Below, piece by piece: positions 8,930 to 19,040 of a stretch of 35,808 nucleotides of DNA. The stretch is from the NCBI GenBank assembly GCA_021799315.1, contig JAJZAR010000001.1, positions 1 to 35,808 on the forward strand, given 5' to 3'. A program made the position numbers and the translations under genes. This DNA comes from Thermoplasmata archaeon (lineage in GTDB: Archaea > Thermoplasmatota > Thermoplasmata > Thermoplasmatales > Thermoplasmataceae). Numbering within the stretch: position 1 is the first letter of the stretch; each line of letters begins with the position of its first letter. The notes beneath the pieces were generated by a model. The model was not told the origin of the DNA. It saw only the letters and a program-made list of their open reading frames with translations, and searched no databases.

Positions 8930-9294
8930 TTTAACGTCTCCCTCCTTGAAAACTTTCCTTGCTCGAAGATTTGGATGTACATCGATAATATCATTATTTC
9001 AATCCAATCCGGTACTGCTTTAAAGTTTAATTTTTTTTTGAACTTATTTGAAATCATCGAGGCTAGAACTTCAAAGGGTTAGATATAGGATGTCATAAGT
9101 TCTACCGTGGAGAATGGGGCATTAGCCTAAATACAATGGAAGTACTATGATGGATTGGGTTCATGGAAGTAGTTTAAGAAGTCAGAAATGCAAAATCCCT
9201 TATGGAACTGGAAACACACTTATACTTCATTAAAAAGCTGAATAAAGTGACTCTTAACCGAATGGCATATTAACACTTAATTTATGACCTGCAG

Positions 9295-9582
9295 TTGAAG
9301 AATAGAACGCATCTTAAGTCTATTGCGGCAGAACGCATTGAATATCTGCACTCACTCCTTTCCAAGGATAGTCCGGTTCGGAAAGAGACTGTTATTGAGG
9401 CTATGGAAAATCTCGCCATAAGGTTTGATGTGACCCTATCAGTTCAAATAAAGAGGGAATACTGCAAATCATGTAAAACTCCCTATGATCATTCAACTAG
9501 AATAAGGTGCAAAAAGGGACAAATGAGAGTCACATGCCTGGCATGTGGAGATATACGACGATTTCCAATAAAAATCGATTAA
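9295..9582 (+). CDS. rnp4: Ribonuclease P protein component 4 (Rpp21)
   Basis: IAAERIEYL, KREYCKSCK and zinc ribbon VTCLACGDIRRFP. Confidence 0.9.
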   Translation: MKNRTHLKSIAAERIEYLHSLLSKDSPVRKETVIEAMENLAIRFDVTLSVQIKREYCKSCKTPYDHSTRIRCKKGQMRVTCLACGDIRRFPIKID

Positions 9583-9809
9583 TCTTCTTCTACTGTTTCA
9601 ATGTGGAACACAACTTTAAAGCCCTCAAGTGTAGCTTGAATTTTATCAGCAAACCAGAGAGAGTCTTCTTCTGTAGCCTTGTTTGCCCATTCATAGACCA
9701 TATCATGATCACCCATTACTGGTCTGAATCCCAGGGATCTAAGTCTGTCTATCACCTCTGATGGTTTTGCTCCTTCGCTTGAGAATGAGACGTTTAAATA
9801 CGTTTTCAT
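9579..9809 (-). CDS. Small hypothetical protein (76 aa)
   Basis: Clean ATG ORF with an alternating beta/alpha pattern; TATA-like AAATAAATA about 30 nt upstream; 4-bp convergent overlap with rnp4. Confidence 0.75.
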   Translation of the reverse strand: MKTYLNVSFSSEGAKPSEVIDRLRSLGFRPVMGDHDMVYEWANKATEEDSLWFADKIQATLEGFKVVFHIETVEED

Positions 9810-10304
9810 TTAAATCTAAGTGGTGATTGAGAAACTCTATTTATTTATTTGGGATTCATAGGCACATAAATGTTGAATATAGAAATCCACTATCTTCATC
9901 AAAACAAATCCACTTAACACAAACAAATGGTTTAAAATAAATTTCCCAAGAAAAAGTGAACAATAGTTTTCCCAAATTCAGGACACCGCAAATCGTTATT
10001 CCCATAGTTCGTCAAACATGCAATGCAAGGGTGTTCTGAAATATGCATTCAAAGCCTTCTGAAGTGTTGCGTTCTCAATCTTCAAGCATTAAGGGACCTT
10101 AATGGTCCTCTGCTAGAATGAGCTTCATGGAAGAATTATATGAGATATTGAAAACCTGCAGAAATAGAAGAATCTTTAGAGGCTTTAAGACAGAATCGTT
10201 TCCGCTCCTGCGATCAGTGGAAACTATTCAGTTTATTATCGCCTTACTTCATGGGTTCTGATGTGGCGGCACATCCAACATTATACTTTTGTGATAAATG
10301 TTAC

Positions 10305-10757
10305 TTATTTACTGTATTTGATATACCAAACTATGGAAATGAGTATAGCCACAAAACTGATCACTATGGTCCCCAAAAATATGTCTACAAAGCTATAGGA
10401 CCTGTAAGAAACGGTAAAGGGCACATAAGTTCCGTGTGATGAAATGGTGACATTACCAGAACTGAGATTGGATTGGTAATCATAGGGTAATGAGATACTA
10501 TAGGAATATTTCCCATAGGGAAGTGATAGGTTCAGATAACTGCCTGTAGAATTATGATTATGGCCATCAATGTGCACTGTGTAATTTACTCCTTCTGGCA
10601 ATCCAGAGGATGTGAACACCACGTATCCATCGTTCGTTGTTGTAAAGGTCGAAAATCTTGGCTGCATATTTTGATCGTTATGAGCTGGAACGACCATGAG
10701 TAGAACTAAAAAAAGTGTAGATAAAACGATAATTCCTACTTTAACACCTTCCTTCAT
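10305..10757 (-). CDS. Surface protein with one Thermoplasmatales/Sulfolobales-type beta-sandwich repeat between N- and C-terminal hydrophobic helices
   Basis: VVFTSSGLPEG.NYTV.IDG...STGS...LSLP.GKYSYSI pattern typical of thermopsin/surface-protein accessory repeats; sequons NYT, NST, NLS, NVT. Confidence 0.75.
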   Translation of the reverse strand: MKEGVKVGIIVLSTLFLVLLMVVPAHNDQNMQPRFSTFTTTNDGYVVFTSSGLPEGVNYTVHIDGHNHNSTGSYLNLSLPYGKYSYSISLPYDYQSNLSSGNVTISSHGTYVPFTVSYRSYSFVDIFLGTIVISFVAILISIVWYIKYSK

Positions 10758-10801
10758 TGATTCGTAATATCTTTAACAGTTATTAATCATAACATAAATG
10801 T

Positions 10802-11956
10802 CTATTCGTTCAATTTTTCACAAAAATACAGGATTTGATCATTGCGGAATAGGTACAAATTTCCAGACCCTGACATATGGCTTTCTACGATTCTCTTCTG
10901 TTCATAGTAGTCGGGAATTGAATATCTGAAGAATACAAACTCATATTTTTGGATAATCTTGGCATTCAACAATTCATCGGTATTACAGAAATCCAACACT
11001 CTGTATGCTTCACCAATAAAATCTTTCGGAGTTTTTGTGGAAGTATAGACAGCTTTGCGTTTCTCCGTCCATATCAGTTCAAGTCCAAGAGAATTGCAAT
11101 AGTTTCCATGTAGCCCTGAATAAAACAGGGAGGCATCCGGAACAAAAAGAAAATCTTTCATGGTTTCTGTTTTTAATGGAGAAAAAATAGTATCGCTTTC
11201 CATGGTAAAGTCTGAAGGAAGTGAAACGGCTCTAAAAGTCCTCTGCGAATCTGCTTTGTAATATAATGTCAGTCTATTCAGGTTACCATCCACAGTGAGA
11301 TATTCCAGGGTGCCTCCTAGGGAAGATATCTTATCCTTAGCAATAAAAGGGGGCAGGTCAAACACAAAATTCTTTACAAATCTTTCATAGCGTGATATGA
11401 CTGCAGTGGGTTCTGGAACCAATTCATTGAGCGTTCTTTCTTCAGAATCTTTTGGTCTGAGTGGATCACAGAAAATAATATCATACATTTTATCTTCAAG
11501 GTTCAGAGCCATGGCATCCTGCACAGTGAATTTTACATTTGTTCCATAAGCAAGATTGTTTAACTGTGCCATCATAATTCTGCTTGTGTTTATGTCCACT
11601 CCCGTCACATCTGAGTACTTGGAGAGCATTATTGCCTGCATACCAGCTCCACAGCCCAGATCAAGTATCTTATTTCCCCTGAGTATGTTGCTTCGGTATA
11701 TACCTACAATTTCCGGTGTTGAATAGGAAAGAGAGTATGAATCCAAAAATAGTTTTTTACTACGGCTATATTTATTCCGAGCACTTATTCTTGACCTTGC
11801 CATTTCTTCAATAAATTTTTCCTCTTTCGTGAAGCCTTGTTTATCAGCATTCCTGACCTTTTTTCCCTTTATAATATCTATTCTTTTATCAATGCGCCTA
11901 TTTATTTTTTCAAGATATGTCTTATCTTGTAACATCTTTCTGAGAATAGATTCCAT
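10802..11956 (-). CDS. Class I SAM-dependent methyltransferase, probably RNA-acting, with a possible THUMP-like C-terminal domain
   Basis: STPEIVGIYR, ILDLGCGAG, GVDIN, QDA, IIFCDPLRP. Confidence 0.85.
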   Translation of the reverse strand: MESILRKMLQDKTYLEKINRRIDKRIDIIKGKKVRNADKQGFTKEEKFIEEMARSRISARNKYSRSKKLFLDSYSLSYSTPEIVGIYRSNILRGNKILDLGCGAGMQAIMLSKYSDVTGVDINTSRIMMAQLNNLAYGTNVKFTVQDAMALNLEDKMYDIIFCDPLRPKDSEERTLNELVPEPTAVISRYERFVKNFVFDLPPFIAKDKISSLGGTLEYLTVDGNLNRLTLYYKADSQRTFRAVSLPSDFTMESDTIFSPLKTETMKDFLFVPDASLFYSGLHGNYCNSLGLELIWTEKRKAVYTSTKTPKDFIGEAYRVLDFCNTDELLNAKIIQKYEFVFFRYSIPDYYEQKRIVESHMSGSGNLYLFRNDQILYFCEKLNE

Positions 11957-12123
11957 TATGACCTGTATCTAAAATTAATAAAAATACCATTGTATTGGAG
12001 TGCGGGTGGGTTTGGTAAATGGATGAAGTCATCATTTATTATACCTAAATTTTCGGTACAAAAATTATCTTGTAAATCAGACCAATGATAAATTTTTTAT
12101 ATAATTGAGTTGAGGGATTTAAA

Positions 12124-12426
12124 ATGGGACACACTGAGACAAAACCAAAAAAAGATATAATCTTTGGTCTCAACATAAGCAGACTTTTCTTACTTATTTG
12201 GGGGTTGATCATTCTTTCAATCTACTATCACTTTGCCATATATTTAGTTCTTAGTGCGACAATGGCGATCTTTATTATCCTATTAATTTTTATTTTATTA
12301 TCTATATCAGCATCTATTTCAGCCAAACATCTCAAAGATTACAAGAGATTTTCAGGTCGTTATTCTATTAGACCTCCCCAAGGGTATTATGATTATTTTG
12401 ACTTTGAAGATAATGAGATGTATTGA
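12124..12426 (+). CDS. Small 2-TM membrane protein
   Basis: Two hydrophobic segments and an acidic/aromatic tail; TTTTTATATA about 25 nt upstream. Confidence 0.65.
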   Translation: MGHTETKPKKDIIFGLNISRLFLLIWGLIILSIYYHFAIYLVLSATMAIFIILLIFILLSISASISAKHLKDYKRFSGRYSIRPPQGYYDYFDFEDNEMY

Positions 12427-12653
12427 AGGAGTAAAACACTCTGTCGTTATTGTTTTATAATTCCCAGCAGTTTATAATCTAAAGAACAAAATAAGGCCGT
12501 AACGTCGATCTCATGGATTTCACACTTTTTCTTTCAGTCCAAACAAAAACTGACCTATTTTAGCCTTCAAATTTACCTGAAAATTATTCTATGGCCTTGT
12601 ACGTTCCTGGCCAAATTGAGTAAATTATTAATAAACATATGAGATAGGCGCGC

Positions 12654-13589
12654 ATGGAATCATGGCAAATGCTTTCCAGGTATTTTTCAGACTTGGGTCA
12701 TATAGGTAACAGAATCTTTGAGCTTCAATCTCACTATTATCAGGCTGGAAGGGTGCAGTCACATGACCCTTTTAAAATGACCCCTTTTGATCTTCAGCAG
12801 ATTGAATTCAATATTCCCACGGAGCCTCACGAACGATTGACAGATATGTTAACCGGTATGGGTGAACAGGTTATGCTGTCCGAAGGCGTGGAATATGTGA
12901 AAGCTAGAGATGAATACAAAGTTGAGGATGCTGAGCCAATAGAAGTTGATAAACTGTACACAATAGAAGCAATAGATATCTGTTACAATATTGAGCTGAA
13001 TAAGAAGGTCAAGGATACCAATCTACCGACTGATCTTGTTGAAATTTCTTACGCTATAAAGAACGAACTGAAATTCCCTGATGACTTCTTCAACTATTTT
13101 CCTTCAAATCCAATGGAAACTCCAGAATTTAATTCTCCCACTACATGTAATAAATACGGACTCGTTCAGGGGCAGAAAGCTTATTATTCCTTCTATATAG
13201 TCACGAAAGGTTTTGTAGTACCAGTTTTATCATACCCTGCACGTATCAAACTGGATCAAGGCATAAAGATGGAAGGTATCTTGATGACATTGAGTGATAA
13301 ATTCAATAAATTTTCAAAGTCTCAAGACTTCAATAATTATCTTGTTTTTAGAATGATAAAGAACATACGAAACAAGCTTCTTGCCAAAAGGGGAAACCCT
13401 GCTTCTCTTTCATTATTCACTGAGAAAGAGCTCGCTTGGTGCAAGGAATCTGGGCTTTTTGAGGAAGAAGAGGGAAAATTAAAATTCGCAGAGGGAGAAA
13501 ATATGACAAGTTTCAATGATATAATGAACAAACAATCTTCCAAGATAGACGATCTTGTAAAGAAATGGAAAGAAACCAGATTATTCTGA
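12654..13589 (+). CDS. Hypothetical soluble protein (311 aa)
   Basis: Long ORF with normal composition and TTATTAATA about 25 nt upstream; no motif recognised. Confidence 0.8.
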   Translation: MESWQMLSRYFSDLGHIGNRIFELQSHYYQAGRVQSHDPFKMTPFDLQQIEFNIPTEPHERLTDMLTGMGEQVMLSEGVEYVKARDEYKVEDAEPIEVDKLYTIEAIDICYNIELNKKVKDTNLPTDLVEISYAIKNELKFPDDFFNYFPSNPMETPEFNSPTTCNKYGLVQGQKAYYSFYIVTKGFVVPVLSYPARIKLDQGIKMEGILMTLSDKFNKFSKSQDFNNYLVFRMIKNIRNKLLAKRGNPASLSLFTEKELAWCKESGLFEEEEGKLKFAEGENMTSFNDIMNKQSSKIDDLVKKWKETRLF

Positions 13590-14096
13590 TTTCTCCTTCT
13601 CAATGTTTTCAATATCTACTCCGTAGACACTGCCAATTTCCCTGTAACCTATTTTTTGGTAGAAGTTCAAGGCAATTAGATTAAGTGTGGGGAATTCTGC
13701 GGAAATTACCCTTATGTTCATTTCCCTTGCAATTTCATAGAGTTTGTTGAGCATTTTCTTTCCAACATCTTTCCTCCTGAATTCAGGCATAATATAAAGG
13801 TCATTTATTCTGGCTTCCTTGTCCGGTATATATGAAACCCTATCCTTTACCTCTGCCTTGACCAGGCCACATATCTTTTTCTTGCAAATGGCTACAAGAG
13901 TCACAAATCTATCTCTGTGTTCTATGGTGCTCAAATAGTAATTTTTAATATTTCCAAGATTATCTTCATTTGCCTTAAAAAGGGAATCAAATTCTCCATT
14001 GAGCCTTTTCATTCTCATAACAAGGTCCATGAACTGCTCAATATCTTCTTTCTCTGCTCTTCTCACAATAATTTCATCATTTATCATTTTATTCAA
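13581..14096 (-). CDS. GNAT family N-acetyltransferase
   Basis: IVRRAEKED, INDLYIMPEFRRKDVGKKML (motif A), N..ALNFYQKIGY. ATG at 14087 is an alternative start. Confidence 0.9.
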   Translation of the reverse strand: MNKMINDEIIVRRAEKEDIEQFMDLVMRMKRLNGEFDSLFKANEDNLGNIKNYYLSTIEHRDRFVTLVAICKKKICGLVKAEVKDRVSYIPDKEARINDLYIMPEFRRKDVGKKMLNKLYEIAREMNIRVISAEFPTLNLIALNFYQKIGYREIGSVYGVDIENIEKEKSE

Positions 14097-15420
14097 CCTC
14101 TGGTAATTTCTTAACTATATTAAATTTCATCAATTTTGAAAAGTTCTCTCTATTTTCGCTTATAATATCGCTGGCCGTTTTGAAGAAACCTTCCTTGCTG
14201 TCAGTTTTTCTCGCAAGTCCTTCGTCAACAGTTGCCCTTGCAACAGAGGAAGCTACTCGGGGGTAAAGCTCCCAATCGTCCATGGTGGGAACAATATTGT
14301 CTTCTGTTGGATCCTTCACGTAATTCGCTATCTCATAGGCCGCTTTAACCATAATATTGAAGTTAACTCCTTTAGATCTGGCGTCAAGCACGCCTCTAAA
14401 AATACCAGGGAAAACAAGACTGTTATTTATCTGGTTAGGAAAATCACTCCTGCCTGTTGCAACTACCTTTGCCCCTGCCTTTTTTGCGTCTTCCGGCCAA
14501 ATTTCAGGAAGGGGATTGGCCAGTGCAAATATGATAGGATCTGAGTTCATCTTCTTGATCCATTCTGGCTTTATAAGTCCGGGTTCTGATTTCGCTGCAG
14601 ATACCACTATATCGGCGCCATCCATTGATTCTGCTATATTTCCTTTTTTTCTCTCTCCATTTGTCTTCAAAGCCAGTTCATATTTCCATGGGTTGGATAA
14701 CATTATCTTGTCAAGATCGCTTCTTTCAGGTTCCATTATTCCGTGAGAATCAACCATAATAATATTCTCAGGTTTAATTCCAGCTTCGATCATCAGATGG
14801 GCTGCTGCAATGTTTGCTGCTCCAGATCCAATTAGAGATATCTTTGCATCAGGTATCTTCTTTCCCGCAATTCTCAAAGCATTGATCATACCTGCAAGTA
14901 TTATGCATGCTGTCCCAAGCTGGTCATCATGCCATGCTGGAATTGAGAGAGCCTTTTGGAGATCGCGCAGTACAAAGAAACATTTCGGGCTTTCAATATC
15001 CTCAAGGTTGAATCCTCCAAAAGCAGGTTCAAGGGCCTTAGTAACATTTACGAACTCTTGTGCGCTGCTCACTCTAATTGGCAGAGGGATAGCATTGATC
15101 CCACCAAGCAAATTAAAAAGCATTGCTTTTCCTTCCATAACAGGAGTGGCGGCTTCCGGACCGACATTACCGAGTCCAAGTACTCTTGTTCCATCAGTAA
15201 CAATTCCAATAGTGTTCCATCTACCTGTCATCTCAAAAGAATCTTCAGGATGCCTGTTTATCTGCATTGAAACCTCTGCCACTCCCGGAGTATACCAGAA
15301 CGAAAAGTCGCTTAGATGAGTTATTGGAACATTGGGATACACTCTTACCTTTCCTTTGTAGTATTTTGAATATTCCACTGCAATTTTGTTAAAGTGCAAT
15401 GTTCTTTCCCTGCTGTCCAT
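14089..15420 (-). CDS. NAD(P)-dependent malic enzyme (single-domain prokaryotic type)
   Basis: YTPGVAE, VTDGTRVLGLGNVGP, VMEGKA, NLEDIESPKCF, HDDQLGT, GSGAAN, FALANP, ATGRSDFPNQINNSLVFPG. Confidence 0.96.
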   Translation of the reverse strand: MDSRERTLHFNKIAVEYSKYYKGKVRVYPNVPITHLSDFSFWYTPGVAEVSMQINRHPEDSFEMTGRWNTIGIVTDGTRVLGLGNVGPEAATPVMEGKAMLFNLLGGINAIPLPIRVSSAQEFVNVTKALEPAFGGFNLEDIESPKCFFVLRDLQKALSIPAWHDDQLGTACIILAGMINALRIAGKKIPDAKISLIGSGAANIAAAHLMIEAGIKPENIIMVDSHGIMEPERSDLDKIMLSNPWKYELALKTNGERKKGNIAESMDGADIVVSAAKSEPGLIKPEWIKKMNSDPIIFALANPLPEIWPEDAKKAGAKVVATGRSDFPNQINNSLVFPGIFRGVLDARSKGVNFNIMVKAAYEIANYVKDPTEDNIVPTMDDWELYPRVASSVARATVDEGLARKTDSKEGFFKTASDIISENRENFSKLMKFNIVKKLPEVE

Positions 15421-15469
15421 ACATACTAATATTAAAATTGTTTAAATAGACTTCTAAATTTTCCCTTCG

Positions 15470-16411
15470 ATGAAGGAGGTAAATAACATACAGCTAGAAT
15501 GGGAGAATATATTAATGAAGCAGATGCAGGCCTTTGATCAGTTATCTGACCAAAACATCTCCGAGAGCCTGTATGCATCCCTTATTGAGAAACTTAACAG
15601 CAATCAGATACCTTCTAAAGTCTATTTCAAAGACGGGGTTCCAAAATGCTATGGGTATCTTCTTCCTTCTGCAGATTCATCCGATCGAATCCTCTGTTCC
15701 ATTGGCTTTGAATCAGAGGATGAAGCTTTAATAGAAATGGGGAAAAAAATTCTTGAATGGTTTATTGAAGTAGGCAAAAGTCAGGAGAAATTACTTATTT
15801 TAGATGGAGTGTTCAACGGTGCCTTTTTTGAAGAAACCGTACAGCAATACGGTTTCTCAGTGGCGAATAGGGTCAAACTCATCTGTGATCTTGAAACGAT
15901 CATAGAGAATTTATCGGAAAAGATAGAACACGTTCACAGTGACGGCTTGCTGCTCAATGTTGATGAAGTGGATATTGAAGAGTTGTGCACTGCTGAGGAA
16001 AATGCCTACAGTGATTCACCTGACAGATTTTTGCTAATTCGAAATAGAGGGAAAAATGTCACCCTGCAGGTTATCCTTAAGGGCATATATGGAAAACCTC
16101 TGAACGCTGCTTCTGGTGTTATTTACAGTTCAAGTGTTGAGGGAATGATTATTGTTACAGATGGTTCAGTTGAGATCTTTAAGAATAGCACGCCGCTCAT
16201 TGTGGACATATTCGTGGCTCCAGAATACAAACGAAAGGGCATAGGTTCAAAATTGATGCTCTATGCCGCGAAAAAGCTAAGGATACTTGGACACGATCAG
16301 GTTCAGCTTTGGGTAAATAAAGATTCACAGGCGTACAACTTCTATAACTCCATTGGATTTTTTTATGAAGGAGAGGACGATCTGTTATCCTATCTGGATT
16401 TCAGGCTTTAA
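15470..16411 (+). CDS. GNAT acetyltransferase, double length (degenerate N-terminal and intact C-terminal GNAT domain)
   Basis: C-terminal IVDIFVAPEYKRKGIGSKLM and LWVNKDSQAYNFYNSIGF; N-terminal half ends with QQYGF. Confidence 0.85.
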   Translation: MKEVNNIQLEWENILMKQMQAFDQLSDQNISESLYASLIEKLNSNQIPSKVYFKDGVPKCYGYLLPSADSSDRILCSIGFESEDEALIEMGKKILEWFIEVGKSQEKLLILDGVFNGAFFEETVQQYGFSVANRVKLICDLETIIENLSEKIEHVHSDGLLLNVDEVDIEELCTAEENAYSDSPDRFLLIRNRGKNVTLQVILKGIYGKPLNAASGVIYSSSVEGMIIVTDGSVEIFKNSTPLIVDIFVAPEYKRKGIGSKLMLYAAKKLRILGHDQVQLWVNKDSQAYNFYNSIGFFYEGEDDLLSYLDFRL

Positions 16412-16432
16412 TTGTGTCCCAACGGGAAAAAG

Positions 16433-17398
16433 TCAAAGCACTGACAAAATTAGGTTCCCAATGATCACACCGGAGGGTATGGTAAAATTATCATCAAGGG
16501 GATATCCCGATACAGACTCAAGAATTGTGACCAGAACTGCAACAAATATATATGATGGACCAAGGACAATGAATGCGAATATGGCAGTGGGAATTAACAT
16601 TGAAATAAATCCACCTATACTCTTCTTTCTGTTGTAAAATAACTTTTTGATACCCATCTTTAAGCCACCTATGGTTGCAAGAGAGTCTCCTATTGCCATT
16701 GCAAAAACTCCAATTTCTACAAGTTTCCATTGTGGAGATAGAGATATGAGCAACATCAAACCGGCTATGAACCAGAGCGTTCCATACCCTGGCTTAACGT
16801 TATCTCTTTCCATCCTTGAGACCAGTTTTGATATCTTCATTGTTTCGTATAAGGCGATGAGATCAAGTATGAAGATAGCCAAGAGCATTCCTCCCACTAG
16901 GATAAGCTCCACAAGTAAGTGCGACCAAAATATCATCATGGTGATTATGACTATCCCGACACCAATCTGTAGAAGATCTCTGAAGATTTCTGTATTATGG
17001 GCGTGTCCTCTTGCTTTTTCGTTGCTCAAACTCTGTTTCTTCATATAACTGGATGTGAGAAGAGAGATTGAAACACCGACACCTATTGACAGGCACACGG
17101 GTATTACTGAGCTTTTCTGAAAATTTAACAGAAATTCCAATAGGATTGCAACTGAGAAAAATGAAAGACTTACTATGGATTTCCTTCTGTACATTGAATT
17201 TATGGCAAGAGTTGCTGTAAATACAATTGCCATATTCAAGGACTCAGGATAAAGATACAGGAAAATGAGAGATACGATGAATGATGCAATGGGTACATAA
17301 TCCTTATGTCGTTGCTCAATAAGAATGTAGGCGGAAAAGGCTAGCACCATGAATATTGAGTTCAGAACCAAATATAGGATTAACATTACAGATCGCAA
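16433..17398 (-). CDS. CTP-dependent polyprenol (dolichol/phytol/farnesol) kinase family membrane protein
   Basis: EIFRDLLQI, RMER, IGDSLATIGG, KKSIGG, LES...DDNFTIP; many TM helices. Confidence 0.8.
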   Translation of the reverse strand: MRSVMLILYLVLNSIFMVLAFSAYILIEQRHKDYVPIASFIVSLIFLYLYPESLNMAIVFTATLAINSMYRRKSIVSLSFFSVAILLEFLLNFQKSSVIPVCLSIGVGVSISLLTSSYMKKQSLSNEKARGHAHNTEIFRDLLQIGVGIVIITMMIFWSHLLVELILVGGMLLAIFILDLIALYETMKISKLVSRMERDNVKPGYGTLWFIAGLMLLISLSPQWKLVEIGVFAMAIGDSLATIGGLKMGIKKLFYNRKKSIGGFISMLIPTAIFAFIVLGPSYIFVAVLVTILESVSGYPLDDNFTIPSGVIIGNLILSVL

Positions 17399-17428
17399 TA
17401 CATATATTATATTAAAAGAATTGATTTA

Positions 17429-18100
17429 TTATAAAGGAAAATCCATGTTTCCAAAGGCGTTTTCCCAATCCTTAAGAAATCTGTTCAGACCTTCTTCTGT
17501 TTTGGGATGACTCGGTAATTTAGACAGCACATCAAAGGGCAATGTTACAACATCAGCTCCCATTATCATTCCTCGAAGGACATGAAGGGGGCTTCGCACA
17601 GATGCCACAAGGATTTTGGTTTTCATTTCATAATTGGTGAAAATAGTCTTAATCTGTTCGATCACAGACATTCCATCTTCGCCAATGTCGTCCAATCTTC
17701 CAACGAAGGGTGATACATAAGCGGCGCCTGCCTTTGCTGCAAATAGTGCCTGAATACCATTAAATATCAATGTGGAATTCACGGGAATTCTCTTATCAGA
17801 TAGGCTCTTTGTTGCCCGTAATCCATCCGTGGTGAAGGGTAATTTCACAACTGCATTGTTCCCGAGTTCGCTGACCTTCAATGCCTGTTTCATCATTGTT
17901 TCATAATCCGTACCTATAACCTCTATGCTGACGGGACCAGGCGTAATTTCAAGAATACTTTTCAAAATTTTCTTGAATTCCAGTCCTTTTTTCATTTCTT
18001 TTGCTATAAGTGACGGATTTGTAGTCACTCCATCGAGTAAACCCCAATCGTTTGCCTGCTTTATTTCATCAATATTTGCCGAATCAAGAAATACTTTCAT
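17429..18100 (-). CDS. tal: Transaldolase (TalC/FSA family)
   Basis: MKVFLDSAN (ATG at 18100), [28 protein letters not shown]; overlaps the transketolase gene. Confidence 0.95.
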   Translation of the reverse strand: MKVFLDSANIDEIKQANDWGLLDGVTTNPSLIAKEMKKGLEFKKILKSILEITPGPVSIEVIGTDYETMMKQALKVSELGNNAVVKLPFTTDGLRATKSLSDKRIPVNSTLIFNGIQALFAAKAGAAYVSPFVGRLDDIGEDGMSVIEQIKTIFTNYEMKTKILVASVRSPLHVLRGMIMGADVVTLPFDVLSKLPSHPKTEEGLNRFLKDWENAFGNMDFPL

Positions 18101-19040
18101 ATTTTTTCTCCTCCCTGAAGACCTTAAGTCCTGCATCCACTATATCACTAACTCCCATATGAAAATAATCAAACAGTTCCCAGCCTTTGCCAGACTTTCC
18201 AAAACTGTCTCTCATCCCCACACGCTGCATGATAACTGGATACTCCTCTGCTGTAACTTCCGCCACTCTGCTCCCTAACCCATTATATATGGAATGTTCC
18301 TCGGCTGTTACGATATGCCCCGTTTTTCTGGCATAATCAATAATTCCCTTTCTATCTATGGGTTTGATTGAAGATACGTTTACGACGGCAGTATCGATGG
18401 CTAGTTCCTTCAGCTTTTCAGCCGCTTTCAATGAAAAATCCACCATGGCCCCATTACAGAATATGGTGAGATCTGTTCCATCTTTCATTACGACATTCTG
18501 CCCTTCCCTGAACTGGTAGTCATCGTCATTCAGGACAGGAAACTTTTCCCTTGACAGTCTCACATAATATGGCGTTTTGGTCTTTTCGACTAGGTATTGT
18601 ATAACAGACTCTGTCTCAATGGAATCTGAGGGTACTATAACCTTCATATTAGGGAGACCCGACATTATGCCAACATCTTCAACAATTTGATGAGTAGCCC
18701 CGTCTTCTCCCACAGTTATCCCTGCATGCGTGACAACAAATTTTACGTCTATATTGTTGTAACAGACAGATTGCCTTATCTGTTCATATGTCCTCATAAG
18801 GAAAACAGCAAAGGTGGACACAAAGGCTTTCTTCCCCGATAGTGCCATGCCTGCTGCTGTGGCAACCATGGATTGTTCTGATATTCCCATGTTAAAAAAT
18901 CGTTCCGGGAACTTCTTCCCAAAAACCTGTGTCTTGGTGGAACTGGAAAGATCAGCATCAAGGACAACAATATCTTTATGACTTTCTCCTAACTCGGCAA
19001 GTTTCTTGCCGTAACTCTCTCTAGGACTTTCAATTCTCAT
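18084..19040 (-). CDS. Transketolase, C-terminal subunit
   Basis: [34 protein letters not shown]...GLGS. Confidence 0.95.
   Translation of the reverse strand: MRIESPRESYGKKLAELGESHKDIVVLDADLSSSTKTQVFGKKFPERFFNMGISEQSMVATAAGMALSGKKAFVSTFAVFLMRTYEQIRQSVCYNNIDVKFVVTHAGITVGEDGATHQIVEDVGIMSGLPNMKVIVPSDSIETESVIQYLVEKTKTPYYVRLSREKFPVLNDDDYQFREGQNVVMKDGTDLTIFCNGAMVDFSLKAAEKLKELAIDTAVVNVSSIKPIDRKGIIDYARKTGHIVTAEEHSIYNGLGSRVAEVTAEEYPVIMQRVGMRDSFGKSGKGWELFDYFHMGVSDIVDAGLKVFREEKKYESIS

Noticed and set aside
10198-10224. ORB-like CAGTGGAAAC with a GTTTCC partner
   Set aside because: Single copy with no G-string, no clear unwinding element and no orc1/cdc6 in the window.
8995-10304. RNase P RNA or C/D box sRNA near rnp4
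   Set aside because: No GAGGAAAGUCC-type P4 motif, and no properly spaced RUGAUGA/CUGA pair was found.
10251-10439. 62-aa + strand ORF with CDKC
   Set aside because: Mostly antisense to the 10305-10757 gene, and one CxxC alone is not enough support.
14357-15319. Antisense ORFs inside malic enzyme, and similar short shadow ORFs in other genes
   Set aside because: They lie wholly within well-supported genes on the other strand or frame and have no motifs.
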